From an uncultured Synechococcaceae cyanobacterium (GTDB lineage: Bacteria; Cyanobacteriota; Cyanobacteriia; PCC-6307; Cyanobiaceae): a stretch of DNA of 64,000 nt. Below are positions 10,121 to 18,842 of the stretch, piece by piece. Both the position numbers and the translations under genes were made by a program. Every line of letters begins with the position of its first letter. Position 1 is the stretch's first letter. The stretch covers positions 3,706 through 67,705 of the forward strand of contig CACGPQ010000001.1 of assembly GCA_902574955.1 (NCBI GenBank), in the 5' to 3' direction. The notes under the pieces were generated by a model. The model was not told where the DNA came from, did not search any database, and worked only from the letters and a program-made list of their open reading frames with translations.

Positions 10121-11377
10121 ATGAAACTCTTCCAACAAATGTTGGTTGCAGGAGCATCTCTGAGCTTATTAGCTCCAGTTGCTGCTCAAGCTGCCGACGT
10201 TGTCAATATAGAAGAAATTAACAGCTATGCACGTAGCCAAAAGAAATCTTCCAGACTTGACAGTAAAACATTCATTAACGAAGTTAGTGAAGATATTGCG
10301 AACTTAAAAGGTCGTGTCGATGGCTTAGAAGCCAAGCAAAACGTATTAGAAGCCGGTGGGTTTTCTGATACAACAGTAATGAATGGTAAGGCAATCTTTG
10401 ATATTGGCGGAGTCGAAAACTCTTCTGGTAATCTTAGCGAAGCTATCGGATTTCAATACACTCATCAATTAAACTTGAATACCAGTTTTACTGGAGATGA
10501 TGATTTATATGTAAGGTTAAAAACTGGTAATGCTACAGATGTATTTTCCAGTAAGACATATGGTACTTACCTTTCTTCATCCAATGGTAATGATGACACT
10601 ATTAAGGTGGATAAAATTTGGTATTCATTCCCAATAGGTGAAAACAATACTGTTTGGATTGGTCCAAAAATAGAAAATTACTATATGCATGGTGCTACAC
10701 CTTCTATCTACAAACCAATTACAAAACAATTTAAGCTTGGAGGTAATGGTGCTGCATATGGAGCAAGTACTGATTCAGGTATAGGTTGGGCTTATAAAGG
10801 TGATAATGGCTTCTCTTTAAGCTCAAACGTTGTAAGTAAACAGAACAAAACAACTAATGGATTCTTAACCGATGAATCAAACACTAACTGGTCTACACAA
10901 GTTGCTTATACCACTGACACTTATCATGTTTCACTAATAAGTGCTTTAAAGTATAACGGATGGACAGATTCCTACTACACAACTTCATTAGGTAAAGCTC
11001 GTCCCAATGGGAACAGCACTAACTATGGTTTAAGAGGATATTGGAGACCAGATAGTGAAAGTCAGGCAATTCCTGAAATTTCTGCTGGTTACGATATCTC
11101 AACTGTTGAAGGTCAAGATGCAGATACCGATGCTTACTTCGTCGGATTAACTTGGAAGGATGCATTCCAAGCTGATGATAAAATTGGTATTGCTTTAGGT
11201 CAGCCTCAAACAGCAGATACAGATACAGTAACACCATTCACATGGGAAGCTTATTACTCTTATAAGGTTAATGATTCAATTACTGTTAGTCCTGCTATTT
11301 TCGGCGCTACCGATAGAACTGGTACATCAGGTGTAGACATTACGGGTGCAGTTGTTCAGACAACATTTAAATTCTAA
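10121..11377 (+). CDS. som: Som-type outer-membrane porin (OprB/iron-uptake porin family)
   Basis: MKLFQQML signal peptide, RVDGLEAK coiled coil, FSDTT motif and C-terminal TTFKF. Confidence 0.9.
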   Translation: MKLFQQMLVAGASLSLLAPVAAQAADVVNIEEINSYARSQKKSSRLDSKTFINEVSEDIANLKGRVDGLEAKQNVLEAGGFSDTTVMNGKAIFDIGGVENSSGNLSEAIGFQYTHQLNLNTSFTGDDDLYVRLKTGNATDVFSSKTYGTYLSSSNGNDDTIKVDKIWYSFPIGENNTVWIGPKIENYYMHGATPSIYKPITKQFKLGGNGAAYGASTDSGIGWAYKGDNGFSLSSNVVSKQNKTTNGFLTDESNTNWSTQVAYTTDTYHVSLISALKYNGWTDSYYTTSLGKARPNGNSTNYGLRGYWRPDSESQAIPEISAGYDISTVEGQDADTDAYFVGLTWKDAFQADDKIGIALGQPQTADTDTVTPFTWEAYYSYKVNDSITVSPAIFGATDRTGTSGVDITGAVVQTTFKF

Positions 11378-11393
11378 ATTCCTTATTTAGATT

Positions 11394-11425
11394 AAAAAAA
11401 GGGTATTTAGTAGAATACCCTTCTT
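11394..11425 (-). terminator. Terminator for the minus-strand piuC transcript
   Basis: A7-GGGTATT-loop-AATACCC. Confidence 0.75.
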
Positions 11426-11437
11426 AAGAAATTTATG

Positions 11438-11466
11438 AACGCCTAATTTAAATTAGGCGTTTTTTT
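11438..11466 (+). terminator. Terminator for the porin gene
   Basis: AACGCCTAATTTAAATTAGGCGTT followed by a T-run. Confidence 0.8.
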
Positions 11467-11694
11467 TTACCAACAATTTTCACCTTCACCAATTGGGATA
11501 CAAACACTTGATTTTGCAGCTTCATCTGCCAATTTTTGAGCATCTTTATCCAAAACAAAATCAGCATCAATTGGCATATCTGTATTCCATTCTTTGAGCC
11601 CTCCTAAATCATTTTCTCCAGCGTTAGCAGATGATGAAATAGCCAGTGCACTTGTGGCTGCAAGAAATAGAGAAATTGAACTTTTTTTATGCAT
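11467..11694 (-). CDS. Small secreted protein
   Basis: Signal peptide ending ANA; C-terminal CIPIGEGENCW. Confidence 0.75.
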   Translation of the reverse strand: MHKKSSISLFLAATSALAISSSANAGENDLGGLKEWNTDMPIDADFVLDKDAQKLADEAAKSSVCIPIGEGENCW

Positions 11695-11767
11695 TAATGG
11701 TAAATTATTCTTTATTCACTTTAGTAAGCTTAGAATCAATATCCCAGTTGATGTATAAAATGATCCA

Positions 11768-12439
11768 TTAATTACCTAATATTCTTAATAAGTTTGAATA
11801 GGATTTGAAAATTAAATCAACTTCATCCGACATCCCATATTTTGCTAAGACTCCTCTTGCTCCTGCATCAAGATCGAATAAATATTCTCTTTCTTCTGCT
11901 GACTTAACATAACTTTCTATCCAGCCTACACATACTAATCTTTCACCATTTATTACTTTACTTACTGAATGCAAGTAGGAACTTGGATATATAATAATTT
12001 CTCCAGCATTTAATTTAAAGTTCTCTTCCGAATTCATTGTTTCAATAATTAATTCACCACCTCCATAAAGATCTTTATTCGTTAGCGATAGAGTAAAAGA
12101 TAAATCTGATCTCCCTGAAGACATATATGGATTATCAATATGTCTCCCATAATTCATATTTTTTGATGATTTTGTAAACATTATTCCATGGATTCTTTTT
12201 GGCAAAGAAAAACTTTTTATTAATTGGTTTGAAAGGATCTTTTTATTAATTAATTGGGAATTTCTTTTTGATACCTCAGAATTTCTATTTAATTGCAAAT
12301 TATTTTTTACAATTGAGGCATGACTACCAGCAGTTTTTTTTCCATCTTCCCAGTCATGATTTGCCTCTTCTAATTCATTCTTTATAAGGTTGATTTCTTC
12401 AGCATTTAGTAACTGATGGGTTAAATAATTCATTTGCAA
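11768..12439 (-). CDS. piuC: PKHD-type Fe(II)/2-oxoglutarate hydroxylase
   Basis: WEDGKKTAG, HID, YGGGEL and LHSV...GER motifs. Confidence 0.9.
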   Translation of the reverse strand: MQMNYLTHQLLNAEEINLIKNELEEANHDWEDGKKTAGSHASIVKNNLQLNRNSEVSKRNSQLINKKILSNQLIKSFSLPKRIHGIMFTKSSKNMNYGRHIDNPYMSSGRSDLSFTLSLTNKDLYGGGELIIETMNSEENFKLNAGEIIIYPSSYLHSVSKVINGERLVCVGWIESYVKSAEEREYLFDLDAGARGVLAKYGMSDEVDLIFKSYSNLLRILGN

Positions 12440-12535
12440 TATAAAAAATGATACATCTTTGTGTATAGAAGATAGCTTTTAGGGATTTTACAGTTTTGAT
12501 AAGTATAAAGTAACCATAGATACTAATTTGAAAAA

Positions 12536-13558
12536 GTGCAAAAACTCAAAAAACTATTTTATACAGCACTAACATGTACATTTTTAATGAATGTAAATAT
12601 TCCTGTTAATTCAACAGAAAAAGAAGTCAAAGTTTATTCGGGTAGACATTACAACACAGATCGAAGTGTCTATAAAAAATTCGCAGAAGAAACAGGAATT
12701 AAAGTTAGGCTTATAGAAGCAGCAGGAATATCTTTAATTGAAAGATTGAAAAGAGAAGGGAAGAATTCTCAAGCAGATTTGATATTGCTTGTAGATGCAG
12801 CAAGAATCACTAATGCAGCAAAAGCTGGATTACTTCAACCAATAACTTCCTCTAATTTAGAAAATGATGTTCCTGTTGGTTTAAAAGATCCGAATAAGGA
12901 GTGGTATGCATTAACAAGAAGAGTAAGAGTTATGGTTGCCAATCCGAAGGTAGTAGATATAAGCAAGATTAATGATTACAATGACTTAGCTGATTCTTCT
13001 TTGAAAGGAAAAGTATGTTTAAGAAATAGAAAAAGTCCATACAATCAATCTTTAGTTGCCAATCAAATAATTAACAAAGGTGAATTAGAAACTAAAGCTT
13101 GGTTAAGCGGAATGATTTCAAACGTTTCCCAACCATTCTTCCCAGGCGATATTTCAATAATTAGAGCAGTTTCTAAGAAAAAATGTGGAGTTGGAATTGT
13201 CAATCATTATTACGTCGCAAGAATGTTGGCGGGCGTTAATGGAAGGAGAGATGCTTTGTATGCCAAAAAAACCAAGGTACTTACTCCTAATCCTGCACAT
13301 GTAAATATTAGTGCCGGCGGTGTTGCAAAATATGCATCTAATAAAGAAGAAGCTATTCAGTTACTTCAATTCTTAGCATCTCCTGAAGGAAGTAAAGGTT
13401 TAGCTGCACCAACTTTTGAACATCCTTTAAATGAAGTCAATCAGAATGAAATAGTAAAGAACTTTGGTGAGTTTATACCAGATAGTGTCACTGTAGAAGA
13501 ACTTGGAGAAAAAAATTCTTTAGCTATTAAATTGATGAAAGATGCAGGGTGGAATTAA
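12536..13558 (+). CDS. futA: Fe(III) ABC transporter substrate-binding protein
   Basis: YSGRHY, PYNQSL and NHYY iron-ligand motifs. Confidence 0.93.
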   Translation: MQKLKKLFYTALTCTFLMNVNIPVNSTEKEVKVYSGRHYNTDRSVYKKFAEETGIKVRLIEAAGISLIERLKREGKNSQADLILLVDAARITNAAKAGLLQPITSSNLENDVPVGLKDPNKEWYALTRRVRVMVANPKVVDISKINDYNDLADSSLKGKVCLRNRKSPYNQSLVANQIINKGELETKAWLSGMISNVSQPFFPGDISIIRAVSKKKCGVGIVNHYYVARMLAGVNGRRDALYAKKTKVLTPNPAHVNISAGGVAKYASNKEEAIQLLQFLASPEGSKGLAAPTFEHPLNEVNQNEIVKNFGEFIPDSVTVEELGEKNSLAIKLMKDAGWN

Positions 13559-13620
13559 AAATTAAGATAATTATATAGTTCATAATTTTTTATTTAATGT
13601 GTGCTTAATTATAAGCAGTC

Positions 13621-13705
13621 GGAGAGGTGGCTGAGTGGTCGAAAGCGAATGACTCGAAATCATTTAATAGGAAACTATTCGTGGGTTCGAATCCCACCCT
13701 CTCCG
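13621..13705 (+). tRNA. tRNA-Ser(CGA)
   Basis: Acceptor stem GGAGAGG/CCTCTCC, anticodon loop CTCGAAA, long variable arm, GTTCGAATC T-loop; CCA not encoded. Confidence 0.96.
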
Positions 13706-13950
13706 TTAAATAATAGTTTAAGGGAGTCCTAAAAATAAAATAAGACGCCATTTATTTGCCCTCTTCTATTCGATGTAATTTTACTGTCTATAAAGTTGAT
13801 AATGTGCTTTGAATTCTAAATTATTTCTACTCCTAATGTAATGGAAAAGATAGTTGTGACAAACAAAAAACACTAATACTCGGGTATTTGTACTCTATTA
13901 ATTTCAAGAGGATAGTAGGATAATTAAATAGTAGAGATAAAGGAGGATTT

Positions 13951-14109
13951 ATGAGACTTACTACTCCATTCACTGCCCTTAAAAATGCAACTTCTGATAT
14001 TTGGAGAATGCATGATTTTAATTATCAACTACCAAAAGATCCAAGACAAGATTATTGGGAAAAAGAATGTATAGACCACCCAACAAGCTCTCATTGCAAA
14101 GTTTACTAA
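13951..14109 (+). CDS. CP12-like microprotein (52 aa), not in the ORF track
   Basis: AGGAGG RBS; ends WEKECIDHPTSSHCKVY (C-x8-C, like the CP12 C-terminus); followed by a terminator. Confidence 0.75.
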   Translation: MRLTTPFTALKNATSDIWRMHDFNYQLPKDPRQDYWEKECIDHPTSSHCKVY

Positions 14110-14131
14110 AGGCAAGATAAACTAAAGATAT

Positions 14132-14160
14132 AAAAAAGACCCTTTTGATGGTCTTTTCTT
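14132..14160 (+). terminator. Terminator after the CP12-like ORF
   Basis: AAAAAAGACC-loop-GGTCTTTT. Confidence 0.7.
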
Positions 14161-14202
14161 CTAAGTAAGTAGATATTCATTTATAATAAAATTAAGGAAA
14201 AT

Positions 14203-14808
14203 ATGGCTATTAATAATTCAATATCTAAATATGATTGGCAGTATATTCTAAGCGGATCTCTTTTAATTTTAGTTTTTATACTTACAGATTTAATTGGAGT
14301 TTTTGATAAAGAGTTTTTATACTTTGTACCAAGATTAATTACTGATCAACCCTATAGGATTTTCACATCAATCCTAGTCCATGCAGATCTCAATCATTTA
14401 TTAAGTAATCTTGGCGGAATAATAATTACTAGATATTTTTTGATGAGACTTGGAATAGAAAGCAGATTTTTTTATCTGATATTTATTTTAATTTGTTCTT
14501 TTTTGAATTTTTTTATTATATGGGTTTACGAAAAAATTTTATCTTATATTCTTGATTTCTATCCCAACTACGCTGCTTTAGGATTTAGTGGAATAATTTA
14601 TGCTTTATTTGGATTCTTACTATTAACCTCTTTTTATGGAAAGAGTCATTTTTTAGGCAATAAAATTGGTTTAAAATCTAATTATGAAGTTCAAAACATG
14701 TCAAGGACAATATGCTTTATAGGATTGATTTTCTCTTTCTTCCCAGGAGTAAGTTTACTGGGTCATATTAGTGGATTTGTCGCTGGTTGTTTTTTATTTT
14801 TAATCTAA
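14203..14808 (+). CDS. Rhomboid intramembrane serine protease
   Basis: HxxxxHxxxN, catalytic GFSG and GHISG motifs. Confidence 0.9.
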   Translation: MAINNSISKYDWQYILSGSLLILVFILTDLIGVFDKEFLYFVPRLITDQPYRIFTSILVHADLNHLLSNLGGIIITRYFLMRLGIESRFFYLIFILICSFLNFFIIWVYEKILSYILDFYPNYAALGFSGIIYALFGFLLLTSFYGKSHFLGNKIGLKSNYEVQNMSRTICFIGLIFSFFPGVSLLGHISGFVAGCFLFLI

Positions 14809-15068
14809 ATAATATTAATTACTCTTTGATCAAATTAATATAGTTATTTTGCTGTGTGCCTAATTTTTTCTTTAACTCTTTACTTTTAAATCAATTTTGA
14901 TATCAAAATTATCCACTACTCTAATACTTATAAGCAATAATCCAAATGCAATTTGGGGGGGGAAGGTAGTACCAAATAAAATTTATTTCCAATTACCCTA
15001 TCAAATCTATCTCGGTATGAATGAAAGATTGAGGAATATGAATTCTGAATAAAGGAGCATTTTTAAAA

Positions 15069-15262
15069 ATGGCAAAAGTAGAAAATGATCTTGATATTTA
15101 ATACGCAGTAGGGAATACAAATACTCAAAGACAAAACATGAAATTCCAGCAATTATGAAAAAACGTAATTCTGCAGGTTAGAGGTTGATCTCAACAAGTA
15201 CTGCGATAGAAGATACTAAAAATATTTTTGCAAATCTTTATCTATTTTGGTAAAAGAAATAG
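15069..15262 (+). pseudogene. Decayed small hypothetical gene
   Basis: AAAGGAG RBS and ATG, three in-frame stops and a frameshift near 15135. Restored product reads ...KKRNSAG(W)RLIS...LYLFW(E)KK. Confidence 0.55.
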
Positions 15263-15470
15263 CAATTAATACTATAGATATTCGATATTTTTTCCAAAAA
15301 ATTATATACAGCAGAAACTCCTCCTCCCACACTAATTTCTTATATTTAAACAACCTTTTCTCTAAATTTGAGTGTTCTTTAAAGACAAATATTATGGAAT
15401 AGACAAGTGGCACATGTGACAGTTAAGTAACATCCCATTCATACCTCCCACGAAAAAGAATTAAATGGGA

Positions 15471-15476
15471 TAATCT
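15471..15476 (+). promoter_or_regulatory. -10 element of Yfr2
   Basis: TAATCT lies 6 nt upstream of the conserved Yfr2 5' end. Confidence 0.6.
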
Positions 15477-15482
15477 AGGCAT

Positions 15483-15576
15483 GTGTGAAGGAGTGGTTTA
15501 CTGAAAAAGTGGAAACAAGGAAACACTTGATTTAGTTAAACCAAGAAAGACCTCTATTAATAGGGGTCTTTTTTTT
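15483..15576 (+). ncRNA. yfr2: Yfr2-family cyanobacterial sRNA
   Basis: 5' GTGTGAAGGAG, central hairpin with GGAAACAAGGAAACA, and terminator AAAGACCTCTATTAATAGGGGTC-T8. Confidence 0.9.
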
Positions 15577-15770
15577 ATGCATAGTCACTCCTTTTATCTT
15601 TCCCTATATTGTTCCAAGTGTTTCCTCTATATCCCAAACCGTGTTGTTTGATATTTACCCATTATGTCATCCTTATAAATGTTTTCTATATGGTTTTATA
15701 ATTGCCGAAATGTGATGTGATACAATTTCATCTTCTCGTCTTTGATAATCACTTGGGACGTTGATCTTAT

Positions 15771-16319
15771 ATGAATAGACAAGATTTGAATTTTAAATCA
15801 GTGATTTTTAAAATATTTTTTACCTATTTAGTGATTTATTTTTTAGCTCTTATATTTAAATATAACTATGATATTGAGTCCCTTTTTAATAATATTCAAT
15901 ACAAATATTTAATAGTATTAAATATAATTTCTATTTTTTTAGGACTTCCTTTTACAATAATTTTTGACTTTATATTAATAAAACTTTTTGGTTTATATTA
16001 TATTTTATTTTTTGCTCCTGCCTTAACAATATTAAGTGTAATTCAAGTTCTTATTTTGAGAAAAATTAATTTTAAATTTTCCAGAAATATATTATTTTTT
16101 AAAAAACCAGAAAAAAATAATCTTTATAAATTTTTTGACAATATTTCTTTTAGATCTTTTTATATTTTAATCATAAGATCTTTCCCAATCCTACCTCATG
16201 TTTTGGGTAGCTATATTATCGCCTCATCAAGAATCAAAAAGAAGGTTATTATAATAAACACATTTTTAGGATCATTTTTTTACTATGTTTTCCTTTATCT
16301 AATAATAGGTAATGTTTAG
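15771..16319 (+). CDS. Membrane protein, possibly VTT/DedA (TVP38)-like
   Basis: Hydrophobic; IRSFPILP resembles the RxxPxxP motif. Confidence 0.55.
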   Translation: MNRQDLNFKSVIFKIFFTYLVIYFLALIFKYNYDIESLFNNIQYKYLIVLNIISIFLGLPFTIIFDFILIKLFGLYYILFFAPALTILSVIQVLILRKINFKFSRNILFFKKPEKNNLYKFFDNISFRSFYILIIRSFPILPHVLGSYIIASSRIKKKVIIINTFLGSFFYYVFLYLIIGNV

Positions 16320-16325
16320 TGAAAT

Positions 16326-16580
16326 TTATTTTTCCCAAAAGGGATCTGAAGTTAAAGAAACCTCTAACGTACATTTTTTATTATTTTTAATTTCACTTAT
16401 ACAAGCCCGCACTGTTTCACCATTTACATCTATTTCACAGGCTCCACAACTTCCTGTGAGGCAGCCAGTAGGGATTTCTAAACCTGCTTTTTTAGCAGAA
16501 GAAAACCAGTCATCACCACCTGAAACAAAGGTTTCTTTATTGTTTGGCCATATTACTTTTATATTTTTTGTTTCTTTCAA
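16326..16580 (-). CDS. 2Fe-2S ferredoxin-like protein
   Basis: CLTGSCGAC plus distal RAC. Confidence 0.88.
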   Translation of the reverse strand: MKETKNIKVIWPNNKETFVSGGDDWFSSAKKAGLEIPTGCLTGSCGACEIDVNGETVRACISEIKNNKKCTLEVSLTSDPFWEK

Positions 16581-18106
16581 TTTAAAAATGATTTCAGATT
16601 TAAATGTTTGTTGAATTCATTCGCAAGATTATCAATAATGGATTGTCTCTTCTCTTTATAAGATATAGATTTTTTATTTAATTTTGGTAGATTTTTACTC
16701 TTCCTTATTAAATTAATATATTGTGCTCTCCAACTGTCATTTTCAAAGATCCCATGAATATATGTTCCTGCAATAGTTCCGCCTTTATTATTTTCTTTGT
16801 ACCAACCAAGATCTAAATCTTCAAAAATAGGATTAATATTTAATGAACTTTGGATGTCATCTAATGCAGTTTGACCATTATGAATTTCAAATCCATTAAT
16901 TTCTGATTGGCATGGCCATATAGATTTAGAGTTGATTTGACGTGTTAATTTTTTTTTAAAGAAAGTTGTTTTTAATGGTAGTAATCCTATACCTTTAATT
17001 TTTTGTTCAGAATAATTTTTGGAACCCTCTTTAAAATAAGGATCTTCGAGTGTAGTCCCTAACATTTGTAAACCTCCACATATTCCAATAATATTTCCTT
17101 CGTTATTTGAATAGTCCCTTATATCCTGAGATAAGCCAGAATTTTCAAGAAATATTTGATCTTTAATTGTTTGTTTACTGCCCGGCAGAATGATGAAGTC
17201 ATACTTACTTAGGTTTTGTGATTTTCTAATCCATTCAATTAATATTGTTTCTTCATTTTCTAGTGGATCAAAATCCGAGAAGTTACTAATAGATGGTAAT
17301 TTTATAATTCCAACTTTGATTTCAGGATTTTTAGAAAGTGATTTTTTTTCTATTAAATCTAAAGAATCCTCTGGAGGAAATGAATCATTTAACCATGGAA
17401 TAATTCCTATAACAGGTATTTGAGTTTTATTCTCTATCCATTTTTTCCCGTCTTCAAATAATGCAAGGTCTCCTCTGAATCTATTTATAATAATTCCCTT
17501 AATAAGCTTCTTTTCTTCAGGCTTCATTAATTCAAGAGTACCAATTATTTGTGCAAATACGCCTCCTCTTTCAATATCAGTAACTAAAATGCAATTTGCA
17601 TTTAAATATTTAGCAACTCTTAAATTAGTTAGATCTCTATGAATCAAATTCATCTCTACCGGACTTCCCGCTCCTTCGATAATTAAACGGCAATTCGGAT
17701 TACGTTCGATAATAGACTTTAAACTTTTTTTAATTACTTCCCAACCTGGAATAAACCAATCTTTATAGTAATTTTGTGCGGTTGTGGTCCCTATGCTTTT
17801 ACCAAGGTGAATAACCTCGCTTATTGAGTTTCCTTGTGGTTTTAATAAAATGGGATTCATCTCTGCAGAGGGATTAATACCACAAGCAAAAGCTTGAAGT
17901 GCTTGTGAATATGCCATCTCTCCACCTTCCCAATCAACCCAAGCGTTGTTACTCATATTTTGTCCTTTAAAAGGTATTGGTTCTTCTCCTAAATTTTTAA
18001 GAATCCGGCAAATAGCAGTAACGGTTAACGATTTCCCTGCTCCACTGGAAGTGCCTAGGACCATTATTGGTTTCTTTATTTCATGTAATTTTGCTTCTGA
18101 ATCCAT
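16577..18106 (-). CDS. cobQ: Cobyric acid synthase
   Basis: GTSSGAGKS, QNMSNN, GICGGLQMLG and GTYIHG motifs. Confidence 0.96.
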   Translation of the reverse strand: MDSEAKLHEIKKPIMVLGTSSGAGKSLTVTAICRILKNLGEEPIPFKGQNMSNNAWVDWEGGEMAYSQALQAFACGINPSAEMNPILLKPQGNSISEVIHLGKSIGTTTAQNYYKDWFIPGWEVIKKSLKSIIERNPNCRLIIEGAGSPVEMNLIHRDLTNLRVAKYLNANCILVTDIERGGVFAQIIGTLELMKPEEKKLIKGIIINRFRGDLALFEDGKKWIENKTQIPVIGIIPWLNDSFPPEDSLDLIEKKSLSKNPEIKVGIIKLPSISNFSDFDPLENEETILIEWIRKSQNLSKYDFIILPGSKQTIKDQIFLENSGLSQDIRDYSNNEGNIIGICGGLQMLGTTLEDPYFKEGSKNYSEQKIKGIGLLPLKTTFFKKKLTRQINSKSIWPCQSEINGFEIHNGQTALDDIQSSLNINPIFEDLDLGWYKENNKGGTIAGTYIHGIFENDSWRAQYINLIRKSKNLPKLNKKSISYKEKRQSIIDNLANEFNKHLNLKSFLN

Positions 18107-18172
18107 TAGTAATTTATATTAATTTTAAAATTTATTATTTATTAAATTGAATTATAATTTGTTAAAAAATTT

Positions 18173-18784
18173 GTGTTAATTCTAGCTTCTGCTTCTCAAT
18201 CTAGAAAGAAATTACTAGAAAATTGTCAAATCGAATTTATCCAAATATCAAGTGACTTTGATGAAACTACTATTCAAGAAAAGAATATATATAATTTAGC
18301 TTTGGAATTATCTTTTCAAAAGGCTAATAGTTTATCTGAAAAAATTCAAAACATATCATTGCCCGAAGAATTTAATTATGGTCCTTTGGAAATACTTGGG
18401 TGCGATTCAATTTTTGAATTTAAAGGAGAAGCTTATGGAAAACCATCTAATAAAGAGGAGGCATTTATTAGATGGAAAAAAATGTCTGGAGAATTTGGAT
18501 TTTTACATACTGGTCATACTCTAATAATTGGGAATTTTGATTCAACTTCCAAAATTTTTAAAATCACTGAAATAATAAAAAAAATAGTAAGTTCAAAAGT
18601 TTATTTTTCTAATTTGGAAGATTGGGAAATCAAGAGTTATGTAGATACAAATGAACCTTTATTTTGCGCAGGAGGATTTGCCTTGGAAGGTATAGGCGGC
18701 AAATATATAGAAAAAATAGAGGGTTGCTTCAGTAATGTAATGGGATTAAGTTTGCCATGGCTTAGAGAAAATTTATATAGATAA
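18173..18784 (+). CDS. maf: Maf nucleoside triphosphate pyrophosphatase
   Basis: [13 protein letters not shown] and NVMGL motifs. Confidence 0.93.
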   Translation: MLILASASQSRKKLLENCQIEFIQISSDFDETTIQEKNIYNLALELSFQKANSLSEKIQNISLPEEFNYGPLEILGCDSIFEFKGEAYGKPSNKEEAFIRWKKMSGEFGFLHTGHTLIIGNFDSTSKIFKITEIIKKIVSSKVYFSNLEDWEIKSYVDTNEPLFCAGGFALEGIGGKYIEKIEGCFSNVMGLSLPWLRENLYR

Positions 18785-18795
18785 TAAAATTGAGC

Positions 18796-18829
18796 AAAAA
18801 AAAACCCTATCCGAAGATAGGGCTTTTTT
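18796..18829. terminator. Bidirectional terminator between maf and psbC
   Basis: A9-CCCTATC-CGAA-GATAGGG-C-T6. Confidence 0.88.
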
Positions 18830-18842
18830 GTTGAAATAGAAG

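Noticed and set aside
14955-14962. G8 homopolymer as a phase-variation tract
   Set aside because: It is not inside a supportable gene or promoter.
15216-15413. 65-aa minus-strand ORF
   Set aside because: Weak GTG start, and it overlaps the pseudogene and the CU-rich motif on the other strand.
13706-15770. Integrative element (tycheposon or prophage) at tRNA-Ser
   Set aside because: No integrase and no duplicated tRNA 3' end found by eye; treated only as a variable mini-island.
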